This document shows positions 1-12,586 of a DNA stretch of 64,000 nucleotides, one piece after another. The notes under the pieces are model-generated. The model worked only from the letters and a program-made list of their open reading frames with translations. It was not told the DNA's origin and searched no databases. Position numbers and translations under genes: made by a program. How positions within the stretch are numbered: the first letter of the stretch is position 1; the number at the start of each line of letters is the position of its first letter. Source of the DNA: Octopus sinensis (lineage: Eukaryota); assembly GCF_006345805.1 (NCBI RefSeq), contig NC_043004.1, positions 11,594,001 through 11,658,000 of the forward strand, given 5' to 3'.

Positions 1-554
1 ATCGGGTGGACTACATGGCATGTCTGAACCGCTTGTAGTAAGTTTATTAACTCAGATTAGTCAGTTGATAGCGTTATACGGCTCGGTTTCATTACAGCCC
101 ACTTCGGTGAACATAGAACTTACATATACGAACGTATAAAATAACACTGAAATTATTATATAAAATTTTAAGTGGGTTTTGCTTTACTGTAAGGGGAAAT
201 ACACACTTGCACACAGACACAAATGAAAACACACATATACATGTCTCTGTCTGTGCTCGTATGCGTATTTTAGTGTGTTTATGTGCATTTATCTATTTTC
301 AGTCGAACCTGATTTAACCACTTACAGTCGAATTTGTTTTAAATAATCTACCAGAATTCCAAAGCGTACTGGAACACCTAGGTGTATTGGTCCGTGCAAA
401 TGCGCATGCGTATATTTTGTAGTATATTTGCACAGTCATCCAATTCTTTTGTAAAATCATATTCATTTACCATCTCTATAAGTTTATATATAGAATCTAT
501 AGTTAATTACACTATTACAATGTATAGCCGTCACTCACAAGCGCGTATGCCATT

Positions 555-792
555 AAGGCGGCGAGCTGACAGAAACGTTAGCACGCCGGGCGAAATGCGT
601 AGCCGTATTCTGTCTGCCGTTACGTTCTGAGTTCAAATTCCGCCGAGGTCGACTTTGCCTTTCATCCTTTCGGGGTCGATAAATTAAGTACCAGTTACGC
701 ACTGGGGTCGATATAATCGACTTAATCCGTTTGTCTGTCCTTGTTTGTTCCCTCTGTATTTAGCCCCTTGTGGGTAGTAAAGAAATAGGTAT
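555..792 (+). mobile_element. tRNA-derived SINE, family A (long-tail form)
   Basis: Head AAGGCGGCGAGCTGACAGAAACGTTAG with A-box-like motif and B-box GAGTTCAAATTCC, body GCCGAGGTCGACTTTGCCTTTCATCCTTTCGGGGTCGATAAATTAAGTACCAG, tail ending AAGAAATAGGTAT; near-identical copies recur at 30584, 33669 and 60279. Confidence 0.9.
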
Positions 793-794
793 CA

Positions 795-1085
795 TGTACC
801 ATGTTTTCCCTAATTGTTCTTGATGTCTGTATAGCCGCAAGAAGATATAGGCAAATTCTTGGCATCTCTGACGCTTGAGGCAGCAAAATGCTGAGGAAAT
901 GACCAGCTGAAGAGAAAGAGGACTGCACGAGTACTGAGCCGGTACTCATTTTCAGTTGAATAAACTTGAGAAACGTAAAATGACGTTCCTTGCCCAAGGA
1001 GATAATTTGCTGCCCTAACCTCGCATCGAACCCACGACATCATGATAGTGACTCCTACTCTCTAACCATTAGACCACAATCTTCC
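795..1085 (-). mobile_element. Old tRNA-derived SINE with CORE-like segment
   Basis: Minus strand reads GTGGTCTAATGGTTAGAG (A-box) ... GGGTTCGATGC (B-box) ... CCTTGGGCAAG (CORE-like motif). Confidence 0.6.
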
Positions 1086-2019
1086 ATTCAATTACACTCT
1101 GTGTCTTTCAGTATTTATCATTTCGTCAAGAAATAATTCGACTGAATTACATTAGAAAGGATCTATTATATTTGCAGTCTTTTTCTTAACCATACTCCCA
1201 GCCCGTTATAACAGTACATCATTACTTTTATAACCAACTAACTCTGGTTTCATCGGATGGTTCTTTTAACATGCTAGGTAAAAAAAACAGGTTGCTAGCC
1301 AGTTTCGCAGCCCTATTCCACTTCTTGGTGTAGAAAATACTGTAAGTGGTTCACCCCTGTATCTCTCAGAGAGATGTGTAGCTGATTCTCAAAACGAAAA
1401 ACAGAAGAATTAACTCAAGAAAGATGTACAACGAAGATAAAGTCAGCAGCGCTAGAATTCAAAACACTCCGAACCAGAGTATCTGCCACACGACAACTTT
1501 TCGACGCTCTATTCTGCAATTCGATCTTTTTTGTAGTCCTTTGCATTGATTGAAAAACGTGTTAGATTTATGAATACTCAGGGCTGTCTATTAGACTTTG
1601 AAGTTAACTCTGAACTTGTATTTTACGTTTTATTTCGTTTTATTTCACCAGCTTGTATTATTTATGCGTCGAATTAACCATTTCTTTATTTTAAAAATAT
1701 TTGGTGTCAGTTTTGTCTATACAGGGTCTCAAAAATGATCAGTAATGTATAAACAGTCAATTTAACTACTAGCCTTCTGTCAATTATTTTACATCGATAA
1801 ACTACTACATGGTAAAATGCGTGTAGTTTGAAAATTTTGAAAGCAAGAATCTAATTTTTCAATGCAGCAGACTTCACACAGACGACTACGGAGTACGGCT
1901 TTGAAAGCCGATTATCTTTGAAAGCTCGAGAGAAAGCAACTTCACATATCAGATTCAGCAAGTTTGTTAATCTGAACTCAAAAGTCTCAACGAATGTAAT
2001 GAAAGAGTTTTGAATGGAA

Positions 2020-3170
2020 AAACGGCTTATTTTACATTTTGTACTGAAATGTGCTGGTATAATTTCCTAAGTCGAGATTGATGAGAATTGAACATGTCAT
2101 GAGAAGGTCATTATCTCTGTTTTTTGAAAGTAACTTGATGAAAATGAAGAATGAAATACTTTGAAGATACGCCAACGTCGCCAACTGCAAAACTACAATA
2201 ACATAACAAACATGCATTATTGGAAAAAAAGGGATGTATAAAGTTTCTATTCGGGAAAGCAATAAACAAATTGTCAAAGTCTTCATTTAGCAACTTACTT
2301 ATGTGTTAGTCCTTGCCCATTGAAAACACGATCGAGAGACTGGAAAAACTTGATCGAAAGACTAGGAAAAGCTACCAATTTGCCTCTTTTAGGACTTTCA
2401 AAGTTGTAAAAGGAATTATACATTGACTATTGCAGACCTAGATAAAGTATTTAAGAAAGGAAGACTTGATGATCTTGCTTTCAAATTTATGTAACATGTG
2501 TTTTCGATTCGGGCTGAACTCAACCTGAAACACAAGAACACATGGTCAGTCTAACACTGGTAAAGCAGTATATTATCAGGTAATAGTTACCTCCTATTAG
2601 GGTGTTATCGGGTAATGGCCTGCTTATCCAACAATAATGTTTGCAAAGAATTTGTAAAAGTTAAATACAAAAATAAAAATTGTTACGAGTTAGTGAATTA
2701 TATTCGATTCATTAGTGTAATGATTCTTTGGAAATATCAAAATATCCAATGTTTCGACATCGTTATGCCTTGTCAGTCAAAGCTGAATTTATAAACAAGA
2801 GCGTAGAACTCTAGATTCATTAGTTCCAGGTGCCTTTAACTGACGAGACACAAATATGTTGAAACTCAGGGTGCTAATGAATAGAGTGTTAAGAAGATAC
2901 GTTAGTCGGAAAGGAGAAGTTGTTCTCCAATGATGAAATACAGCAGCTATTATTCTATTCACGTTCGAAGCTGGAACGTATGAAGAATGTATGACGATAT
3001 ACTATATGTTGGGAGACACCAACACGCATCGAGGAATAATTTATATGCTGAGGTATTATATAAAATGCGCAAACTCTTGATAGATTCATCACTCCAGCGT
3101 GCCATTTCCTGACAAGATAAAACTTTGTTAAAACGCTGGATGTACCAAAATTTTCTAACGCTATTGAGTC
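2020..3170 (+). pseudogene. Very decayed relic of an RLE-clade non-LTR retrotransposon
   Basis: Scattered manual translations FVLKCAGII (cf. FGLEKCA) and IERLEKLDRKTRK (cf. ELSKIDRKTRK in the 57-60 kb element); many stops and frameshifts. Confidence 0.3.
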
Positions 3171-3323
3171 AAGTGCTTTTCATGAACACATATTCGTGTG
3201 AAAAGAGTTATTCTACAGTGACGTAACATTACAGCTACTAGGCTTTCCAGGTTCGAATCTTCCGGAATGTTCTAAGAATAAATATCGAGAGCGATCGTCG
3301 TATACGTACATAAAATTATAAAT

Positions 3324-3357
<34 letters not shown>

Positions 3358-5082
3358 GGGTGTGTGTGTGTGTGTGTGTGTGTATACAGGTGTAAGTTGG
3401 CTTAAATATATGGGTCTGCATGTTTATGTGTCAGTCAGACAGCTCTTATACGCAGCTGAAATTAAATACATTAATATAACTTCAAAACAACAATGTCCAC
3501 AACGGAATGTTCTTTTCAAATCAACCAATCAATTTATTTTTCCGCATTGCAATTTCATTAAATTACAACACCGTTTGAATAAAAAAAATATATACATAAG
3601 GAGTATGCATACATGCAAACATATATATGAATGCGTGTATATATGTGTATGAATGCTTATATGTATATTTGTATGTGTATTTCTACTTGTATATTTATAA
3701 TCATATACTATCGTCCATCTGTAACTAAGCATTTATTTATCTCCATTCTTCCTTTAATAACATTCCTACAAATATTTATTTGTCTATAAATTGAAATTTA
3801 GAAATGAATGGAGAAAAAATAGAACAAGCAATTCTAAAATAAAATTGAAAAAAGAAAAGAATGAGGAATAAAAACCAAAAAAAAAAAGAGCGTATTTTCT
3901 CTTCTGCAAGACTACAAGTATATGGCGATGAAGAAATATATTTCACAGTAGAAAAATAAAGAAAAGCGACATATAATTATTGTTAATAATTTACACACAC
4001 ACATAATATATATATATATATGTATTATATAAAGGTATGGATGTGTGCGTGTGTTATATATACACATAGAGAGATATATAGATATATATACATATATATA
4101 CATATAGTCATATATGTATATGCATGCTCATGTGTGTGTATGTGTGTATGTATGTACGTATAAGAAAATGTATGTAAATTCTTAGAAATTAATTATGTAG
4201 TTGCCTTGTGATAATGTTTAGTTACTTATGGTTACAGAGTCACATGCAACAGCACGCATTCGCAAACACACGCTTCCTCCTGTATGTATTAGCGTGTATG
4301 TACGCAAAGAAATTTTTACACATTTGTATATGTAAGAATGTAAATATATAAAAATATATAAAGATTTTATATACTTTAAACAAAGAAAATTTCCAAGCAA
4401 AATTTGTATTTTCGAACTATATTATAATATTAATCTAAACAGTGAATATTCATATTTGAACGGAAGTACTGAGTGAAGGATCGCTAGCATGTACTTTGTA
4501 TATAAGCTAGCGTAAAACTCCGAGTAAGTGTGGAGTAAATCGCACTACCAAACTTGTACTGATCGCTCTTTCCTTTTGTTTGTATACATATAAGAAGCAC
4601 GCAAACACACCCATGCATAAATGTATTTATTTATATATGTATGTAAATCTAATATATATATATATATATATATATAATTTAGATTCAGATGACTATGGTA
4701 CTTAAGTTGAGGCACCAGAATTTCAAAATGAGGTGATTAAAATGTGTCCTTCTAATTTAATTAAATTCTATGTCTTTGTGCAGCTGAAGATTGCTCTACA
4801 TTTTAAATTGATGTAATTAACTGATTGCATTGTCCAATTAAACGGAGTCGCATGAAACGATCGTACTGCATTACCTCTGGATATTCTTGTTGCTTCTTTT
4901 GATATATATATATACACACACAAATATCTGTGTGTTTGTGAGTATATGTACATACATGATTTATATTCATATTTATATGTCAAGTTTTCAATTCACATGA
5001 AGAAGCGCGTTATTATGTTTGCAGGCTAGTTTTACTTCATGTATAAATTCTGTTAACTGATTCTCTCTCCTCTCTCTCTCTC

Positions 5083-5141
<59 letters not shown>

Positions 5142-5257
5142 GAGGAAGGAGAGAAGAGAGAAAGATATATTATATATATATATATATATATTTAAACATA
5201 TACATATACCTACTTGTCTACCTAGCTACAACCACACACACATATACATACATACAT

Positions 5258-5470
5258 TGGTTTCAAATTTTGGCACAAGGCTAGCAGTTTTGATGAAAGG
5301 GCCACGTCTATCACATCGATCACGGCGCTCAACCGGCAGTCATTTTATCGACCCCGAAGGAAGAAAAGTAAAGTCGACCTCAACGAAATTTTAAACTCAG
5401 AAAGAAAAGACGGAAGAAATGCCGCTGAGCATTTTGTCCATTGTTCAAGCGATTTTACCAGCTCACCGCC
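5258..5470 (-). mobile_element. SINE family A, short-tail form, diverged
   Basis: Reverse complement shows GGCGGTGAGCTGG head, GAGTTTAAAATT B-box remnant, GAGGTCGACTTT body and a TTGTGCCAAAATTTGAAAC tail. Confidence 0.75.
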
Positions 5471-6349
5471 ATACATATGTGTGTGTGTGTGTGTATTCAC
5501 ACATATATATTCACACACTTATACACTCACTCGTATACTTTCCTCGTTTTTGATTTCCTAGTATGGCATTTATCTCCACGTACATACGTTTCTGTAATTG
5601 TCTGCATAGTTGTATGTATGTTTGTGTGCGTGTCAGCGTGTCGTATGTATACGTACGTGCGTGCTTGTGTTAAAACGTAATCCATGAAGTAATCATATAC
5701 CTCTATGAGGTAATTATATTTTTGAAATAATTGTGTTCTTTGCAATGCGATATTCCATTTAAATTTTCTACCTGATTGAACATACGTATTTAGTGGTATT
5801 TAAGAACGGTTGATTGAATATTGAAGTCTTGAAGTAAAGAAAGAATGTAGATTTTGATAGCAAAACTAGTCACAACAACTTCGTTGATATAAGCGGCTTG
5901 AAAATAATAACCGTCGAACATCGAAACCGTAACAGTTGTTCTTCAGTTACATGTCATTTGAGTAATTGCCCATTGCTTAAATAAAGGGAATAACTTCGCT
6001 GGACTGCTTGCCGTCGGTAGACGAGTGTGTAGGAGGGATTTTCTCAAAAAAAATCTCTATTATTCTTTCCGCTTTTTAATGTTTTCCTTTTTTCATTATG
6101 CTTTTTTTCTTTTTTTTCCCCATTATTTTGCAGTGATTGGATTGCAGTCTTACTGCGGTATCAGTAAGTTGATTACATCGACCTCGGCTCAGGTGCTTAA
6201 TCATTGCTATCTTTTCTGTTTTTTTTTGTTTTTGTTTTTTTGTCGAAGTCTTATGTTACGAGGGCGTAAGTAATCCAACATCGGTGAAAGAGGGACACAA
6301 AAAGGATTATATGAACGTATGCATGCACACACGTGTACACGCACAGACA

Positions 6350-6375
6350 AACAATCTGATAGATAGGTTGATAGA

Positions 6376-6419
<44 letters not shown>

Positions 6420-6442
6420 GACAGATATCCGGACAGACAGAC

Positions 6443-6473
<31 letters not shown>

Positions 6474-6608
6474 CAGACGAAGACAGACAGACAGAGACAG
6501 ATATCGGACAGACAGACAGATAGATAGATAGATAGATAGATAGAGATATGATAGATAGAGACAGACAGACAGACAGCGATAGATAGTAGGTAGGTAGGTA
6601 TATATATA

Positions 6609-6660
<52 letters not shown>

Positions 6661-6683
6661 GAGAGAGAGATAGATAGATAGAG

Positions 6684-6717
<34 letters not shown>

Positions 6718-6720
6718 TGC
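6350..6720. repeat. Compound (GATA)n/(GACA)n/(TA)n/(GA)n microsatellite with an internal duplicated block
   Basis: Direct reading; the block GACAGAGACAGATATC(C)GGACAG occurs twice (~6415 and ~6495). Confidence 0.9.
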
Positions 6721-7141
6721 GAGTGAGTGGACAAACGATAAAAAAGGGCGCTCAACACGTTTAGTAGGAGTTATATGTATTATTTAAAACAGTTTAATTC
6801 AGTTCCATGCTACTTCGAGTTTTGCAGACCCCTAACGTGTGCCTGATACCTTCAGGCTTCTAGAATTCCTCTCTGTAATTTAGTGGATCAGCCAAAAAAA
6901 AAAAAGAAAAAAAAAGAAAAGAAAACATCGTGAGCATACGTGGAAGATCTAGACAATTTTTTTTAAATACTGGGGTTGGTTTGTTCGACTCAAAACCCTT
7001 CAAGCCAGTGCTTCAGTTTGGTCGCAGTCCAATGATTGAAACAAGTAGAAAAGTTAAGACATTGTTCAAAACACCTGCAATCACGTTTCCGCGTGGCGTG
7101 CAGTTTTATCACAATCTGCATCAAAATTTGTTAATTTCCTC

Positions 7142-7484
7142 AAACATTATTTACATTATTTGCATTTAAATTCGATGTATATTAGTCCTCATCTATTTTG
7201 TTGTTAACACAACGTTTCGGCTGATATACCCTCCAGCCTTCTTCAGGAGACTTTGGGAAATTTCGAACCTGGGTTCTCATTCCTTAGGTATTTTTCGATG
7301 TTATAATAATAATTATTATTATTATCATTATTATATCGAAAAATACCTTAGGAATGAGAACCAAGGTTCGAAATTTCCCCAAGAAACCTGAAGAAAGCTG
7401 GAGGGTATATCAGCCGAAATGTTGTGTTAACAACAAACAAGATGAGGAAAAATATCCGTCGAATGTAAATAATGTAAATAATGT
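7142..7484. mobile_element. Inverted pair of Penelope-like terminal repeats, each with a hammerhead-like core
   Basis: Arms 7142-7299 and 7335-7484 are diverged reverse complements around a TAA-rich spacer; each carries CTGAAGA-A(G/A)GCTG-GAGGGTATAT-CAGCC-GAAA(C/T)GTT. Confidence 0.7.
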
Positions 7485-8004
7485 ACATAATTCCTCATCT
7501 CTTAAATATAAAACTGTATTCCTCAAACATTTCCTCGATTGCTGTGCAAGCGTAGATACGATTATAGGTTTATTCTTATTGAGTGGTACGCAATGAAGTT
7601 GGAAGGGTTAATATTTTCAACCGACAAATTCATAAACAGTTCAATATATTCTTAAAAAGTTCTTAAGGAAAATGAATATTACGGTATTTCTATAGGAAGA
7701 TAATTTAAATACATAAATAAACCTATTTGAATAAGTTTTATATAGAGACAAAATTGAAAGGCGAAATTCGCTTTGCAACAAAGCAACTATGGATGCAAAT
7801 TATCTTCACTTTCATTGTTATCCTCCACCGTATCATCTAACGTACTTCATTCACATTGTTAAAGATATAGAGATTTTGAAATATAAATAATCCAGTTGTA
7901 AGGATGGAAACTGTTAAAATATTACCTGTTAATCTGTGCTTGAAATAAACTATGTTTATTTTATATGGTTTTCGTTTTGTGCATATCAATATGTATATTG
8001 TAAC

Positions 8005-8160
8005 TCGTCTGTCTTTACGTTCTGAGTTCAAATTATGCCGAGGTCGACTTTACCTTTCAACCTTACGGAGTCGATAAATTAAGTACAGTTGCGTACTGGG
8101 GTCGATCTAAGTGACTGTCTCCCTCCCCCAAAATTTCGGGTCTTATGCCTAAAATAGAAA
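8005..8160 (+). mobile_element. SINE family A, short-tail form, 5'-truncated
   Basis: ACGTTCTGAGTTCAAATT, GCCGAGGTCGACTTT, AAATTAAGTAC, CTGGGGTCGAT, CCCCAAAATTTCGGGTCTTATGCC. Confidence 0.8.
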
Positions 8161-9208
8161 AGAATATGTATATCGTAACATAAATATAACGTAACAAATA
8201 CGAACACCCACATATTTGTACATATGCATTCATGCACACTTAAGCATGTAAACACAAACATATATTTATAAGTATGTATTGGTTTGTGTGTGTGTTTGTG
8301 TGCATGATTGTATGTGTGTATGTTAGTATACGAATGCGAATGTTCACTTTATGTTATTCTTACAGAGCCCGCAACTTCCTATTGTATAAAACAACGTCTC
8401 GCAATCTCATTTGAAGTACGCTGCCACACATTTGTGTATAAATATTTTGTTTTCATGGTAGCGTTGAAATCTCTAAATGTCGTCTCGTCTTACACAAAGA
8501 ACCATCGTAACGGAGACATGGTTCCATCATCTGCAGAAAAAGCAGCCATGACGTAAATCATAGTCCTATAAAATAACAAACCCTTAAGTGCTAGTGACGC
8601 TATAAAACAAACAAAACCTTTTTACGGGGTGAATACACCAACCGAACTGATGTATACGAATATCGGGCGCCTCTGGAGGGGTTTCCTCTGGTCAAATGAT
8701 CTAAACCAACCCACAAGTTTTAGGGTAACTAAACTCCACGAAGAAATTGTCCGTTTTCTAGTGCCACAGGCAAACGCAAATGTCCAGAGGAATATATTTC
8801 CCAGTGAAAACTTACCGCCAGTTATTACAGTATCCAGATCCGTCGTCTCATAATTCTCTTTAATTCCATTTAGTGACAGGTACCCCCCATAATATCGAAA
8901 ATGTTGATACAAGAAACCTACTTGAGTTTCCTAACTTCAAGGTTATTAACATACAAGGATATACGGTTGTAAATCATGAGTTGCTATTTCCTATTCTAGC
9001 ATCCTCAATTTCAATTATATCTACCATAAATTCTTACAATAACAACGCAATTTATTCCGTTTAACCACTTCTGTCCTACACAAGCATATCCGTGGATATT
9101 TGTGGAAATTTGTCGATCCTGCACATTGCTTTCGACTACCACGTACAATAAATAGAGAATCCAATGAGGAAAAAATATGTGGTCTCAGAACATGGCTGAA
9201 GTAAATAT

Positions 9209-9779
9209 AAGGCAGCGAGCTGACAGAAACTTTAGCCGGGAGAAATGCTTAGTGGTATTTCGCTTGTCGTTACGTTCTGAGTTCAAATTCCGCCGAGGTC
9301 GACTTTGCCTTTCATTCTTCCGGGATCGTATGCACTGGGGTCGATGTGATCGACTTAATCCGTTTGTCTGTCCTTGTTTGTCCCCTCTATGTTTAGCCCC
9401 TTGTGGGTAATAAAGAAACAGGTAATTCGTCTGCAGTTACTTTCTGAGTTCAAATTCCGCCGAGGTCGACTTTGCCTTTCATCCTTTCGGGGTTGATTAA
9501 ATAAGTACCAGTAATGCACTGGGTTCGATGTAATTGACTTAATCTGTTTGTCTGTCCTTGTTTGTCCCCTTTATGTTTAGCCCCTTGTGGGCAATAGAGA
9601 AATAGGTATTTCGTCTGCCGTTACGTTCTGAGTTCAAATTCTGCCGAGGTCGACTTCACATTTCATCCATTCGGGGTTGATAAATTAAGTGCCAGTTACG
9701 CACTAGGGTCGATATAATCGACTTAATACCTTTGTTTGTCCCCTCTATGTTTAGCCCCTTGTGGAAAATTAAGAAATAA
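9209..9779 (+). mobile_element. SINE family A tandem trimer (one head, three bodies)
   Basis: Full head at 9209; units 2 and 3 restart at GGTA(A/T)TTCGTCTG at ~9421 and ~9606 (period ~185 bp). Confidence 0.85.
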
Positions 9780-10112
9780 GAACATGGCAGACGTAAAAGA
9801 TTATACCCCACTTTGTTGATACCTTCTCATATTAAAAGCTGACACTATTTTAATTCATAGCAGAACGAGGAGCAAGGTAGCAGAAATAATGGACTACACA
9901 ACAGCTCCTCTTGAACATACCTCTTCAATCTACCCGTGCTCAACATAAGTATACTACAACTTCTGTAACCCAATAGTTTACTATGACGCATTATTCAGTA
10001 CACCAAAACAATGTACCTCTAGCCAACATCCGCGATATATGACACCTGATCACACAGCATCCCACTAATACATGAACATATATATATATATATATATATA
10101 TATACTTACATG

Positions 10113-10149
<37 letters not shown>

Positions 10150-10479
10150 TTATATATATGGTGGTGGAGTCCTTTATACACATGAATGTAAACAGATACA
10201 CAGCAATATTTAATTGCGAGTTCATAAACAGAATTATGTCCGAATAGCTAAATGTGTCATGCAGTTGATTGACAATCATTAAGCGAAACGGGGAAATGAT
10301 GCAGTTTACCAACTCACAGCTATCACAATACACACAGGTATTGTATGTGTGTGTGAGTGTGTGTATACACACACACATACACAAACATATATATATATAT
10401 ATATATGTGTGTATGTATGTATGTGCATATATATACATAGTGTATGTATATATATATATATGTATAAAAATTATATATA

Positions 10480-11190
10480 AAAATACAAAATGTGACAAGA
10501 ACGCAAAACACACAAAGAGACGACACAAAAATCTTCAGTTCAGGAACCGGATCATCCTCGCAATTTCGGCTGATTAATCTTGATATCGCTCCGATCCAGC
10601 AAGCCCCAAGGAAAAACTAAGCTGCGAGCATTAGATTTCTTGGAAAAAGGATCGAATGTATACGAAACAAGGACAGAAAAACGGACGATGCCACACGAAT
10701 ATAAATACAAAAAAAAAACAAAAATAAAAAAACAAGAATAGTAATAACAGGACAAAAACAGCGGGTGTCTTACGACTTTAGACAGTTTAACTTATCTTAG
10801 CTGGCGTATTTTGAAATAAATACCTTTGCGGCAGACGAAGAAAACGGTGTTGTCGTGGCGGCGGTCAAAGGCCGAAAGGCTAGTTAACAAGCGGTCACGT
10901 GAGAGGAGAGAAGAAGAGAGAGAAAACCAGGGGGCAAAGGAATTAAAGAAAGAGAGAAAAAGAGGGACAAAGGCACCAGGGGGGGGAGAAAGAAGGAATT
11001 AAAGTGGGGAGAAGAAACAGGGCGCGCCAAGGATTGGCTTGGCAAAAGAATCAGTGGTGCAAAGTGAGAAAGACAGAGAAATGTGAGAGAGTGGGGGAAG
11101 AGGAGACCAAAGAATCAGAGGCAAGAAAAGAGAAAGACAGAGACAGTGAAGTATTGAGAAAGTGTGTAGAAGTCGTACAATGGTGGAATG
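10480..11190. mobile_element. Probable Penelope-like element terminal region
   Basis: Purine-rich tract with degenerate hammerhead-like pieces (CAGACGA ... GGCCGAAAG near 10834-10880; TTTCGGCTGAT at ~10564); no RT motif recognised. Confidence 0.35.
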
Positions 11191-11231
11191 TTTACATACA
11201 TAAGGGAACACAAATATATATATATATATAT

Positions 11232-11303
<72 letters not shown>

Positions 11304-11307
11304 TGAA

Positions 11308-11630
11308 GGCGCATAGCTCAGTGGTTGGAGCGTCGAGCTTACGATCGTGAGGTTGTGAGTTCGAGTCACGGACCGAGCGGTGTGTTGTGTTCTGGAGCAA
11401 GACACTTTACTTCACATTGCTTCAGTTCACTCAGCTGCAGAAATGAGTTGTAACGTCACAGGTGCCAAGCGGTATCGGCCCCTTTGCCCTTCCTTTGGAT
11501 AACACTAGTGTCGTGGATAGGGAAGGCTGGTATGCATGGGCGACTGCTTGTCTTCCATAAACAAACTTGCCCGGACTTGTGCCTGGGAGGGTAACATTCT
11601 AGGTGACGCTAGTCATGACCGAAGGGGGTC
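11308..11630 (+). mobile_element. tRNA-derived SINE, family C
   Basis: GGCGCATAGCTCAGTGGTTGGAG (A-box) and GAGTTCGAGTC (B-box), followed by non-tRNA body GAGCAAGACACTTTACTTCACATTGC; flanked by (GATA)n and (TA)n. Confidence 0.8.
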
Positions 11631-11647
11631 TCAGTATATATATATAC

Positions 11648-11678
<31 letters not shown>

Positions 11679-11824
11679 TAGATAGATACATACATACATA
11701 CATACATACATACATACATACATGCATACATACATACATACATACATGCATGCATACATATTACATATATATACATATATATGTATATGTGTGAGTGAGT
11801 GTGTATGTGTGTGTGTGTATGTAT

Positions 11825-11965
11825 AGTTCAAATTTACTGAAACAGAAAAACGAAGACAGGTGAGAGAACAACAAGTGAGCGTATTAGTATGAAGCTCAGG
11901 AAGAATATAAATGTTCTCGATGTTTCGAGCCTACGCTCCTCGACAGAAAGGGATGAGATGGGAAT
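11825..11965 (-). mobile_element. Penelope-like terminal repeat with hammerhead-like core (CTGT variant)
   Basis: Minus strand CTTT-CTGTCGA-GGAGC-GTAG-GCTC-GAAACATC; homologous to 21870-22050 and 40685-40830. Confidence 0.65.
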
Positions 11966-12023
11966 AATAAACATAAAAATGAAAAACGGAGAGGAAAAAA
12001 TTGATGAGCATATATATATACGG

Positions 12024-12072
<49 letters not shown>

Positions 12073-12339
12073 ATGTATATTATATTATAATATATATATA
12101 CATGTATGTATATGTATATGTATATAATATATATATATATTTTACATATGTACTTTTTATTTCTGTTTCTATCGTTCACTAGACTGTGGCCATGCCTGAT
12201 GTCCACTTCAAGGTTTTTCGTCAATAAGATCGACTGCAGTAGATAATTTTTAAAAACCTACTACTTATTCTATCGGTTCTTTTGGCAAAGCGCTAATTTC
12301 TGGTGACGCAAAGAAACAACGTTGGTTGACATGTAACTT

Positions 12340-12540
12340 GAAATGCAAAACAAAAATACACTTACATACACTCACGCAACATATATGTGTACATATCCGC
12401 AGGAATTTCTTACAGTTTCCGTCTACCAAATTGGTCGGGTATGGTAGAGGATACTTGCCCAAAGTACCGCACAGTGAGACCGAACTGGATACCAAATGAT
12501 TCCGAAGTGAACGTCTTAAATCCTCAGCCATGACTGAATC
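12340..12540 (-). mobile_element. SINE family B, 5' half
   Basis: Reverse complement contains GGTACTTTGGGCAAGTATCCTCTACCATACCCGACCAATTTGGTAGACGGAAACTG. Confidence 0.75.
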
Positions 12541-12586
12541 ACACACACACACACACACACACAGATACATACACTCACATCATTCA

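Noticed and set aside
8622-8912. Resemblance of FSLGNIFLWTF...RTISSWSLVTL to the iGluR M2-M3 region
   Set aside because: The spacing is too short and the SYTANLAA motif is absent; probably coincidental.
11308-11380. tRNA genes (also at 29409, 39095 and the family A/B heads)
   Set aside because: The A/B boxes continue into SINE bodies, and no complete cloverleaf with a paired acceptor stem was found; these are SINE heads.
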